The position numbers were made by a program, and so were the translations under genes. DNA of 53,546 bases. Origin: Candidatus Stahliibacteriota bacterium (GTDB lineage: Bacteria > Hydrothermota > UBA3073 > JACQXS01). This document shows, piece by piece, positions 9,396 through 17,541 of this stretch; position 1 is the stretch's first letter, and each line of letters starts with the position of its first letter. The stretch lies in contig JACQXS010000036.1 of the NCBI GenBank assembly GCA_016208615.1, positions 1-53,546 on the forward strand, given 5' to 3'. Under the pieces are notes generated by a model, which was not told the origin of the DNA, did not search any database, and was given only the letters and a program-made list of their open reading frames with translations.

Positions 9396-10142
9396 TTATT
9401 TTACCTTTTGTGGCCAAAAAGTTCCTATGATAATCCACTTTCCCCATTGTAATACTGTTCCCACAAAAAAGTGAGTATCCTTTTGAGGTGAGCATATTTG
9501 ATTTAAGAACTTTTCTTTTACTTTCTCTAAAGCTCTTTCCTCTCCAAATTCATCTCGCATTTTTCTGTATAATGCCATTACTTCCCAATCTTCTATCATC
9601 ATTTTATGCCCTTTACAGGAATTCTCTTCGCACTTAAAGTAATAGCTAAATTTATAGGGAATCTTTTCTAACGGTCTGTTCTTTTCAAGCAATGAAAGTT
9701 GATTTAGAACATCTCTTTGCTTTGGGGTCCAATCTCTATTTTTTGTAGGTTTCCAATAGAAATCAATTACTTGGCTCGGCTTTACAACACCAAGTGATAT
9801 ATCTTTTTGACTTTGTTGTTGTAGATAGCACATAGTTCTAATTCCTTTTGCTAATATATATCTCTTCCTTTCAGCCCAGTTGTCTTTGGTGCCAATAACT
9901 TTACCCAATCTTATATTCCCAATCGGTCTATAACTCTCTGATCTTGGGTCTCTATTATGTTTTTTTACTTCAACTTCAATCCACTGATACTTCTTATACC
10001 ACTGGGAGTAATTGTTATATCTATAATCTATCGGATACAATCTTATCCATCTACCATCCTCAAGAACACCTGCAGTACAAACGATTTCTTTATACCTACG
10101 AGAAGGGGTCGGATATGTTTTTACTGTTACCAGTATATTCAT
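9396..10142 (-). CDS. uncharacterised 248-aa protein (speculative PD-(D/E)XK-like N-terminal motif)
   Basis: No family recognised. Contains LYPID..(20 aa)..IEVEVKK and a C-terminal CEENSCKGH segment. Its start overlaps the stop of the upstream gene by 4 nt. Confidence 0.6.
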   Translation of the reverse strand: MNILVTVKTYPTPSRRYKEIVCTAGVLEDGRWIRLYPIDYRYNNYSQWYKKYQWIEVEVKKHNRDPRSESYRPIGNIRLGKVIGTKDNWAERKRYILAKGIRTMCYLQQQSQKDISLGVVKPSQVIDFYWKPTKNRDWTPKQRDVLNQLSLLEKNRPLEKIPYKFSYYFKCEENSCKGHKMMIEDWEVMALYRKMRDEFGEERALEKVKEKFLNQICSPQKDTHFFVGTVLQWGKWIIIGTFWPQKVK

Positions 10143-10969
10143 TTTCGTAAATGAATAACTTTTAGTTTTGTTTTCTCTCTCAATATTTCAGATAGAATAA
10201 GTCTGTGGCACTGTTCTGGAGTTTCTTCAAAACACATTAACACAGATGGTTTCTTTTGTAAGATTTGCGAAATTTCATTTATATACGCTTTTTCAGATAC
10301 CAAAATTTCCTTATATTTCTCCCATAAATCATTACCACTTAAACTCTTCCTATATATTTTAGGTATTCCTAACTCAGGAGTACTTTTATATTCTATATTA
10401 AATTTGGAAAGATACTTTTCAAGCCAGAATTTAGAAAATCCATATTTGTATGAGGAAGGATTATTACGAACATCAATTACAATTCCGAGTCCCTTTTTAA
10501 CAAGAGTGTTTATAAATTCATCAATTGATAAGTTTTGATAACCAATAGTATATATAGATATTTCTGCTGTCTTAATCTCAAAGGAAGAGGATTTTTTTAC
10601 TTTACTAAATTGAGTGTAATAGGGGTAATGTGAATATATATGGTCTAATAGTTGTTTTGTTTTCAATCTTCCAAATTCACTTGAAATAGTGTTAATATAA
10701 GGAATGGTTTTATTTAGATGAGTAGCGATATTCTGTCCATTATCTATTAGCTGAATTGTTTTACTGTCTTGGAATATTTGCTTTTTATTTAGCATAATTC
10801 TTAAATCTCTATCCATTTCAAAAGAATAAGGACCATATTTATATGGTACAAAGTCGTAGAAATTTTTAATTCTCTGGGATAATAAAAATCCTAACTTAAA
10901 AAGTTTTATTCTCTCTATTCTACCTTTAGATAGTCGTATTATACTTAATATAATTTTTCTCTTGCTCAT
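10139..10969 (-). CDS. fusion protein: SocA/Panacea-like (DUF4065-like) N-terminal domain + DUF488 C-terminal domain
   Basis: N-terminus IKLFKLGFLLSQ...FVPYKYGPYSFEMDRDL resembles the KLxKLxY..GP pattern of Panacea domains. C-terminus IYTIGYQNLSIDEFINTL...VIDVRNNPSS...LMCFEETPEQCHRLILSE matches the DUF488 consensus as recalled. Confidence 0.6.
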   Translation of the reverse strand: MSKRKIILSIIRLSKGRIERIKLFKLGFLLSQRIKNFYDFVPYKYGPYSFEMDRDLRIMLNKKQIFQDSKTIQLIDNGQNIATHLNKTIPYINTISSEFGRLKTKQLLDHIYSHYPYYTQFSKVKKSSSFEIKTAEISIYTIGYQNLSIDEFINTLVKKGLGIVIDVRNNPSSYKYGFSKFWLEKYLSKFNIEYKSTPELGIPKIYRKSLSGNDLWEKYKEILVSEKAYINEISQILQKKPSVLMCFEETPEQCHRLILSEILREKTKLKVIHLRK

Positions 10970-10987
10970 AATTTGACAAATTTATCT

Positions 10988-11413
10988 CTATTTTGCTGTA
11001 GATAGATTATACCCAATAATGGCACCAATAGGCACGGAAACCCAAATAATGTCATTTGCCGGGCTTAACTCTTTTCCACACATTCGTGCTATTCCGATTA
11101 TTGTTAAAGGCAGTGATATTGCTCCAATAAGTGTATGTAGGTATTTGCCTTGCGTGTATTGCTTTCCTGTTAGCCATACTCCGAGTGAACTACTTATTCC
11201 GTATAATGAGTAGCCTCCAATAGCGATAGCGTCGTCTGTCTTCCATATTGCATTTCCTACATTAGCTCCTATACACCAGCCAATGGTTCCAATTGCATAT
11301 CCTGCTGCAAGTTCTACTATGTATTTTGTGTTTGAATATTTAGCAGGCGAAGTAACTCTTACAGTATCCACGGTTAAGTTAGATAGAATTAAATACCATA
11401 TTAGTCCATTCAT
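10988..11413 (-). CDS. small integral membrane protein (about 4 TM, Gly-rich)
   Basis: 141-aa hydrophobic ORF. No family recognised. Confidence 0.5.
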   Translation of the reverse strand: MNGLIWYLILSNLTVDTVRVTSPAKYSNTKYIVELAAGYAIGTIGWCIGANVGNAIWKTDDAIAIGGYSLYGISSSLGVWLTGKQYTQGKYLHTLIGAISLPLTIIGIARMCGKELSPANDIIWVSVPIGAIIGYNLSTAK

Positions 11414-11478
11414 ATAATTCTTTGACTATTCAAAGTAAAAAGTTAGTCCCCTACTGCAAAACTTAAATCTCACTTGTA

Positions 11479-12651
11479 TCAAATTTCTTCCCAAAGGAAC
11501 ATTTGTTTTTGGGCAGTTTCTTTGGGATTAGGGGTTATTTTGGGCATCCTGCTATTGATGAGTATATAATTACGCGCCCTTGACCCAATGATACCCATTT
11601 TCTTTAAGCTCTCTATGGTTGTGATTCTTCCTTCTTTTCTTGCACATACTATTTTTTGTGCCGAAATCCTACCTATCCCAGGCACCCTTATGAGTTGATG
11701 GAATGATGCTGTATTCACTTCTATTGGAAATGATTCAGGATGTTGTTTTGCCCAGACTAATTTTGGGTCATCATCGGTTGGTAAAAACCCATTAGCATCA
11801 TATGGTATTTCGTCTGCCTTAAATCCATATTTCCTGATTAACGAGTCTGCCTGATATAATCTGTATTCTCTTTCTGGTGGGCATAGAGGTGTATTTTGGA
11901 ATGGTGTTTCTGCTACGGGTATAAATCCACTATAATAAACACGCCTTAATTTAAGCTCATAATATAATTTAGTTGCCAGATTAACTATTGCCCTGTCTGT
12001 TTCCCCAGCTCCACCAACTATAAGTTGTGTAGTAACGCCGTTATGTATTTTTTTATCCCGTGCTACCCCGACTATCTTTCGTAGCATAGCAATTAGTTTA
12101 GCATAGTTTTTGGATGGAGAAAGCCGAGATAACCAATCCTGACCGGGAGCTTCAAGATTTATAGATAATCTATCACTATACTTTGCGGATTCATAAATCA
12201 AGTCATCCGATGTATCGGGTAATATTTTAGTGTGAATATATCCCTTATAGTTGTGCTTTTGCCTAAGTAATTGCAAGGTTTGGATAATTTCTTCCTGTGA
12301 GTAATCTGCATTTTTATAGATGGCAGAAGACAAGAAGCAACCTTCTACTAATCCATTTGTATAGTGTTCCATAAATAAGTCGGATAACTCTTTGGGCGTG
12401 AAAGACAGACGCGGATAGTTTCGCTCTCTCCTATTTACACAATAATAACAATTATGCTCACATTTATTAGTTTGCAGCACCTTAAATAATCTTGTGCACC
12501 TTGAGGTTAAACCTTTTCCGCCTTCTCCTGTTGCGTGGTAGACGAATGAGAATTGCTGTGCTTGCTTGTGTGTTACAAGCATACGAGGGTAGCCACAGAC
12601 ATCATATTTTGCGTCGCTGCCAAGTAATTTAAGCTTCTCTTTTATCTGCAT
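11479..12651 (-). CDS. putative DNA modification/repair radical SAM protein (TIGR03916-like)
   Basis: Start KLKLLGSDAKYDVCG, radical SAM motif CEHNCYYCVNR, then GYIHTKILP, LRRVYYSGFIPV, RLYQADSLIRKYGF and a C-terminal helix-hairpin-helix LIRVPGIGRISAQKIV. Confidence 0.8.
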   Translation of the reverse strand: MQIKEKLKLLGSDAKYDVCGYPRMLVTHKQAQQFSFVYHATGEGGKGLTSRCTRLFKVLQTNKCEHNCYYCVNRRERNYPRLSFTPKELSDLFMEHYTNGLVEGCFLSSAIYKNADYSQEEIIQTLQLLRQKHNYKGYIHTKILPDTSDDLIYESAKYSDRLSINLEAPGQDWLSRLSPSKNYAKLIAMLRKIVGVARDKKIHNGVTTQLIVGGAGETDRAIVNLATKLYYELKLRRVYYSGFIPVAETPFQNTPLCPPEREYRLYQADSLIRKYGFKADEIPYDANGFLPTDDDPKLVWAKQHPESFPIEVNTASFHQLIRVPGIGRISAQKIVCARKEGRITTIESLKKMGIIGSRARNYILINSRMPKITPNPKETAQKQMFLWEEI

Positions 12652-12679
12652 TTTATGAGACTTTTTATATTTCTGAGCT

Positions 12680-13267
12680 TCAATCTATTATCTCTCCATA
12701 ATCTACTTCAATCCCAGTATCAATTTTTGTATAATAAATAATCTTTACATCTATATGTTCTGGCAATGATGCCTTAATCTCATAAGTATAAGGTTTTATA
12801 GATACAGGAATATCTCCAATGTAGCCATCTATTCCTCTTGATTCTTCATCGGGTTCGGATAAGCGATAATTATCACCTTTTATTTCAGCTCCTTTCTTTA
12901 ATATCGCTTCCTGAAATCTCAATCCGATAAAGGTCTTCACGACTACTAAATCTCTTACCCACTGCTCAACCATTTCCCTATCAATTTTGTCTATTGTATT
13001 TTTAAAATTTTTCAACATCTGAACTATCTTTTCCGTTGACTCTCTAATTGCATCAGGCTTTTGTTTTAGATACCATTTCTCCCACTCAGATAAGGTCTTT
13101 CCTGTAAACTGTTGTATAAGTTCACTCATTTGACCAACTACTTTTAGTCGCGTTCCCTGAGCATATTGATTTGCTAAATTGATAAGTGGAGCAACATATT
13201 TTGGAAATTCAAGGGTTTCTATATCCAAATATTTCCTAATCTCTTCAATGCTAATTTTTACCTTCAT
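12680..13267 (-). CDS. putative type II restriction endonuclease (MjaI-like by recollection)
   Basis: 195-aa protein lying 4 nt downstream of a DNA methyltransferase. EFPKYVAPLINLANQYAQGTRLKVVGQMSELI resembles MjaI-family proteins as I remember them. GIDGYIGDIPVSIKP is a possible nuclease core. Confidence 0.5.
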   Translation of the reverse strand: MKVKISIEEIRKYLDIETLEFPKYVAPLINLANQYAQGTRLKVVGQMSELIQQFTGKTLSEWEKWYLKQKPDAIRESTEKIVQMLKNFKNTIDKIDREMVEQWVRDLVVVKTFIGLRFQEAILKKGAEIKGDNYRLSEPDEESRGIDGYIGDIPVSIKPYTYEIKASLPEHIDVKIIYYTKIDTGIEVDYGEIID

Positions 13268-13271
13268 ATCG

Positions 13272-14561
13272 TCATACCTTACTTGTTTTTAAATTCAGAA
13301 ATTTAGACTTATATTTATAATCAAGAGTAGTATCTACATCAACCAAGTCATTTTTAATCAAATGAGCATTTAAGAAAGTCTTGTTCCACAAATAAAGATA
13401 GCAAAGCAAGTTATTTCTCTCGTCGTACTTAATATTGTCAAATTTCATAAATACTTTCTCCCCGCGTGTTTTCTCTCTCAAAAAATGTTTGGCTTCTCCG
13501 TCTTTTTCTATACTTTCTTTTACGCCTAACAATCTAATTTTTAATCCATTATTTAAAACCACTACCTCTGGAGAGATTATCTCTTTTATTGTATAATATA
13601 TTTCCCTTTCAAAATGAGAATTGTCTATTTTTGACCCAAATCTTAATTTCTTTAGGTCAACCTTTTTGTCAAACTTTATCGGGTCTTTGAATATATAAGG
13701 CAAGTCTCTTATCTTTTCCTTAAAATCAATATTTAATTCCTCTTGCTCTTTTATTTCAAAAGCTCTGTCTTGGAAAATAGCACTTTGCTTAATTCCAAAT
13801 TTTTCTTTTATGATTGGCAGAAAATCCTTGTTTATTTCGTATCCGATAGAATTTCTTTTTAGAGTTTTCGCCACAAGCGTTGTCGTGCCACTTCCAAGAA
13901 ATGGGTCAAGCACAGTATCACCAACAAAGCTAAACATCTTGATAAGTCGCCTCGGAAGTTCCTCTGGGAACATTGCCAAATGTTTATTTTGCTTTTCACC
14001 GGGAAAGTTCCAGTGTCCTGTGAAATATTGATTCCATTCTTCATCTGTTAATTTGGACTCTTCTTTAATTTCTTTATTGACCTTTAGAGGATTTCCATCC
14101 TTCTTAAAAATCAAAATGAATTCATAATCTAATTTTATGATTCCATTTCGCGGATAAGGATATGAACCCATTACAGTGGCGCCACCAGTTGTATGGCAGG
14201 TAGTAACCTTCTGCCAAATTATCGCACCCATATAATCAAAACCGATAGTCTCACAAAATTTTATAATCTCTGTGCGGATAGGAATAACTTTATATCTTCC
14301 ATAATAAACCGACCGCGCAAACTGGTCGCCAATATTGATACACAACCGACATCCTTTGTGAAGCATACGCTGGCATTCTTGCCAAACCAAATTTAGATTG
14401 TTGATATAATTCTCATAACTATCATTATATCCAATCTGTTCCTTTGGTCCATAATCTTTCAATTGCCAGTACGGAGGTGAGGTAACGATTAAATGCACAG
14501 ATTCATCCGCAATTTCCTCCATTTTTCTTGAATCGCCAATTATTATCTTATGCCAGCTCAT
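13272..14561 (-). CDS. beta-class DNA methyltransferase (N4-C/N6-A type) with a C-terminal SNase-like OB domain
   Basis: Motif IV IVTSPPYW comes before motif I VLDPFLGSGTT, which is the beta-class order. The C-terminal segment LKIRLLGVKES...NNLLCYLYLWNKTFLNAHLIKNDL aligns by eye to staphylococcal nuclease (RLLLVDTPE...GRGLAYIY...NEALVRQGL), but the catalytic D/E residues are not conserved. Confidence 0.8.
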   Translation of the reverse strand: MSWHKIIIGDSRKMEEIADESVHLIVTSPPYWQLKDYGPKEQIGYNDSYENYINNLNLVWQECQRMLHKGCRLCINIGDQFARSVYYGRYKVIPIRTEIIKFCETIGFDYMGAIIWQKVTTCHTTGGATVMGSYPYPRNGIIKLDYEFILIFKKDGNPLKVNKEIKEESKLTDEEWNQYFTGHWNFPGEKQNKHLAMFPEELPRRLIKMFSFVGDTVLDPFLGSGTTTLVAKTLKRNSIGYEINKDFLPIIKEKFGIKQSAIFQDRAFEIKEQEELNIDFKEKIRDLPYIFKDPIKFDKKVDLKKLRFGSKIDNSHFEREIYYTIKEIISPEVVVLNNGLKIRLLGVKESIEKDGEAKHFLREKTRGEKVFMKFDNIKYDERNNLLCYLYLWNKTFLNAHLIKNDLVDVDTTLDYKYKSKFLNLKTSKV

Positions 14562-15871
14562 TTTTCTACTTCTTTAAGTGCATCATCAAATATTTGGAGG
14601 GCAAGGTCTAATTCTTCTTTCTTAATAGTCAATGGAGGCATAAATCGTATTCCATTTTCGCCACAGGAAAGTAATAATAGCCCTTGTACACAACATTCAT
14701 CTATAATTTTACTTGTTTCCTTTTTTGCCTTTTCTTTTGTCTTTTTATCTAACACAAGCTCGCACGCTACCATAAGTCCCTTGCCTCTAATATCACCAAT
14801 TAACGAGTGCTTATCTGCCAGTTTATGTAGTTCCTCTAAAAGGTAGTTGCCCATATTTTTAGCATTTTCCATCAGCTCATCTTCTAATAATTTTATAGTC
14901 GCCATTGCTGCTTCACAAGAGACGGGGTTGCCGCCAAATGTAGATGCATGTGCCCCTTGTGGCCACTCCATCAATCCTTTTCTGGCAACAGTAACTCCGA
15001 TAGGCATTCCTGATGCTATTCCTTTGGCAATACAAATAATGTCAGGTATAACTTCCCAGTGTTCAATAGCAAACATCTTACCCGTCCTACCCATTCCTGC
15101 TTGGACTTCATCATCTACAAATAGTATTTCATACTTATCAAGCAATTTTTTAAGTTCCTGAAAGTATCCATCAGGTGGCACAATATATCCGCCTTCCCCT
15201 TGTATAGGTTCGGCAAAGCATGCTGCCACTTGCGTAGGTGGTGCTATTGTTTTGAATATTACATTTTCAATGTATTTTATGCAGTTAAAATTACAATCAG
15301 GGTAAGTTAAATTAAATATACATCTATAACAGTAAGGATATGGAATATGTATTACTCCCGGCACCAGTGGTTCAAATCCATCTCTTTGTATTGATTTAGA
15401 TGCTGTTAATGACATGGCACCATAAGTCCTGCCGTGGAATGCACCAAAATATGCCAATAGGAGTTTGCGTTTCGTGGTCCAGCGTGCCAGTTTAATAGCT
15501 GCTTCAATAGATTCTGCTCCTGAGTTGCAAAAAAAGGTGCGTTTATGTGGGTTACCTGGTGTTATTTCAGCCAACTTTTTAGCTAATTTAATCAGCGATG
15601 GGTAGCGGAAGTCGGAGCTTGACATATGTAGCAATAGTTCTGCTTGCTCTTGTAAGGCACGCACTACTTCGGGATGGCAATGTCCTGTGCTACATACTGC
15701 AATTCCCGTGGTAAAGTCCATAAACTTATTCCCATCTACATCCCATACCCATACACCTTCTCCGCGTTCAATAGCTATATTGTGTGGCCTTCCATACGAG
15801 GGACTAATAAATTTTGTATCTTCTTCTATAAGAAGCTTTGACTTTGGACCTGGCAAATTTAATCTCTCCAT
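14558..15871 (-). CDS. class III PLP-dependent aminotransferase (GabT/ArgD-like)
   Basis: FAEPIQGEGGYIVPP, DEVQAGMGRTGKMFA and IAKGIASGMP motifs. Confidence 0.85.
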   Translation of the reverse strand: MERLNLPGPKSKLLIEEDTKFISPSYGRPHNIAIERGEGVWVWDVDGNKFMDFTTGIAVCSTGHCHPEVVRALQEQAELLLHMSSSDFRYPSLIKLAKKLAEITPGNPHKRTFFCNSGAESIEAAIKLARWTTKRKLLLAYFGAFHGRTYGAMSLTASKSIQRDGFEPLVPGVIHIPYPYCYRCIFNLTYPDCNFNCIKYIENVIFKTIAPPTQVAACFAEPIQGEGGYIVPPDGYFQELKKLLDKYEILFVDDEVQAGMGRTGKMFAIEHWEVIPDIICIAKGIASGMPIGVTVARKGLMEWPQGAHASTFGGNPVSCEAAMATIKLLEDELMENAKNMGNYLLEELHKLADKHSLIGDIRGKGLMVACELVLDKKTKEKAKKETSKIIDECCVQGLLLLSCGENGIRFMPPLTIKKEELDLALQIFDDALKEVEK

Positions 15872-15896
15872 TTTATCTCCTTCCTTTCAATAACTT

Positions 15897-16030
15897 AAAT
15901 CAAAAATCCTAAATCCGAAGTCCCGCTTTCTTCCCGATGGCTATCGGGATGTGGCGGGACACTAAATCCTAAACAAATCCCAAATCCCAAATTCAAATGT
16001 TCCAGACCTGTTTTGGATTTAGAATTTTTC
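15897..16030. repeat. intergenic word-repeat/hairpin region
   Basis: aatcctaaatcc, gtcccgctttcttcccgatggctatcggg (hairpin cccgat-ggct-atcggg) and aaatcccaaatcccaaatt. A related gtcccgctttcttcggg word occurs in reverse at about 45085-45110. Confidence 0.6.
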
Positions 16031-16040
16031 ATCTAAGGTT

Positions 16041-16550
16041 CTATGTAATAAAAGTTAATATTGTATCGCCTGATTTATAGTGTTTGCCTACTTGTATGGG
16101 TTCGTGTTTTGAGTGTTCTATAATTAACATCCTATTTGCTATGATGGGTATATTTTGCAGTATCTTCTCTACATACCCTTCATTATAAGGTGGGTCAGCA
16201 AAAATAATAATTGGAGAGTTAGAGAGTTCAAGAGTTAAAGAGTTAAAGAGTCTAAGAGCATCTTTGGTGATTATTCTCGCTTTATCAGAATAATCTAATG
16301 ATTCAAGATTCTCTTTAAGCACAGAGATTACTTTTTTTGACTGCTCAACAAAAATTGTTTTACTTGCTCCTCTTGATAATGCTTCAATCCCTACGGCGCC
16401 GCTGCCTGCAAATAGGTCAAAAAATGTAGAGCCACTCACCTTTTCACTAAGGACATTAAAAATAGTTGCCCTTACCTTATCTTGTGTCGGTCGTATGCTG
16501 CGGGGTGCTTTAAGTATTCTACCTTTATTTTCGCCACCTGTAATTTTCAT
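16041..16550 (-). CDS. rsmD: 16S rRNA (guanine966-N2)-methyltransferase RsmD
   Basis: DLFAGSGAVGIEALSRGA and FADPPY motifs. Carries an in-frame word-repeat insertion (LTLELSNSP). Confidence 0.85.
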   Translation of the reverse strand: MKITGGENKGRILKAPRSIRPTQDKVRATIFNVLSEKVSGSTFFDLFAGSGAVGIEALSRGASKTIFVEQSKKVISVLKENLESLDYSDKARIITKDALRLFNSLTLELSNSPIIIFADPPYNEGYVEKILQNIPIIANRMLIIEHSKHEPIQVGKHYKSGDTILTFIT

Positions 16551-16647
16551 TAGCTTTTTAGGAATTAGCTTTTTAGCTTCTTATGAATTTTATATCTTAT
16601 GCTGATTTGAAAGTCAAGCCCTTTTTTCTTGTTATCTATTTTAATTA

Positions 16648-16675
16648 TTGACAATACGAATAAGTTGTATAAAAA
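16648..16675 (+). promoter_or_regulatory. putative sigma70-type promoter of nadK
   Basis: TTGACA (16648-16653), 16-nt spacer, TAAAAA (16670-16675), then 8 nt to the ATG at 16684 with no SD. Confidence 0.35.
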
Positions 16676-16683
16676 TAAGTTAA

Positions 16684-17541
16684 ATGAAGATAGGAATTAT
16701 AGCTAATCCTAATAAATCAATGGTTAAATCTGTATTCCCTGAACTAATTCAGTGGTTAGTGCAACAACATCAAGAGGTCTGGATAGCAGAGGAGAATGAG
16801 CTACCCATAGAACGAGGATTGAATTCTTCTTTCCAAGTCTGTGCAAAGTTTCAAGATATTGTCTTACGAACGGAAGTTATTTTAGCTATGGGTGGAGATG
16901 GTACTTTATTAAAGGCGGCCCATATTGTAGGGGCGTCTGAACTTCCTATACTTGGCATTAATCTTGGTGGACTTGGCTTTCTTACAGAAGTAGGAGTAGA
17001 TGAAATGTATTCTGCATTGACTAAATTGATTGATTCCCAATATATTCTTGAGACGAGAATGGTTTTAGAATCCAGTATAGGGGATGATAAGTTTTATGGT
17101 CTTAATGATATAGTTATCACGGGTATAGGTGGTGGCAGAATGCTACATCTTGTGGTCTGGGTAGATGGTAATTATTTATCCCACTTCTCATCGGATGGGA
17201 TGATATTTTCTACTCCTACGGGTTCAACTGCCTATTCACTTGCGGCATTAGGACCTATACTTCATCCTGCAACTGAGGCAATAGTACTTAATTTTATTTG
17301 TCCTCATACGCTTGGTGCGAGGCCAATAGTTGTTGGTGCAGATGCTATCATAGAAGCTAAATGCGAGAATAGCGATGCTACGGTTGTCATAGATGGGCAG
17401 GATAAAGTATTGGTAAATAAGAATAAAAAGATAATAGTCCGTCGTGCGAACTATAAAGTTAATCTTATCAAAGCAGGGACGCGTAATTTTTATGAACTAC
17501 TGCGTACTAAATTAAAATGGGGAGGAGGGAAGGAGAGATGA
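16684..17541 (+). CDS. nadK: NAD kinase
   Basis: GGDGTLL motif with an SDGMIFSTPTGSTAYSLA segment. Confidence 0.9.
   Translation: MKIGIIANPNKSMVKSVFPELIQWLVQQHQEVWIAEENELPIERGLNSSFQVCAKFQDIVLRTEVILAMGGDGTLLKAAHIVGASELPILGINLGGLGFLTEVGVDEMYSALTKLIDSQYILETRMVLESSIGDDKFYGLNDIVITGIGGGRMLHLVVWVDGNYLSHFSSDGMIFSTPTGSTAYSLAALGPILHPATEAIVLNFICPHTLGARPIVVGADAIIEAKCENSDATVVIDGQDKVLVNKNKKIIVRRANYKVNLIKAGTRNFYELLRTKLKWGGGKER

Noticed and set aside
9396-10142. The 248-aa protein as the missing TIGR03915/DUF4130 partner of the radical SAM enzyme
   Set aside because: I see no resemblance to the DUF4130/UDG-like sequences I recall. I keep it as unknown, and a profile search could overturn this.
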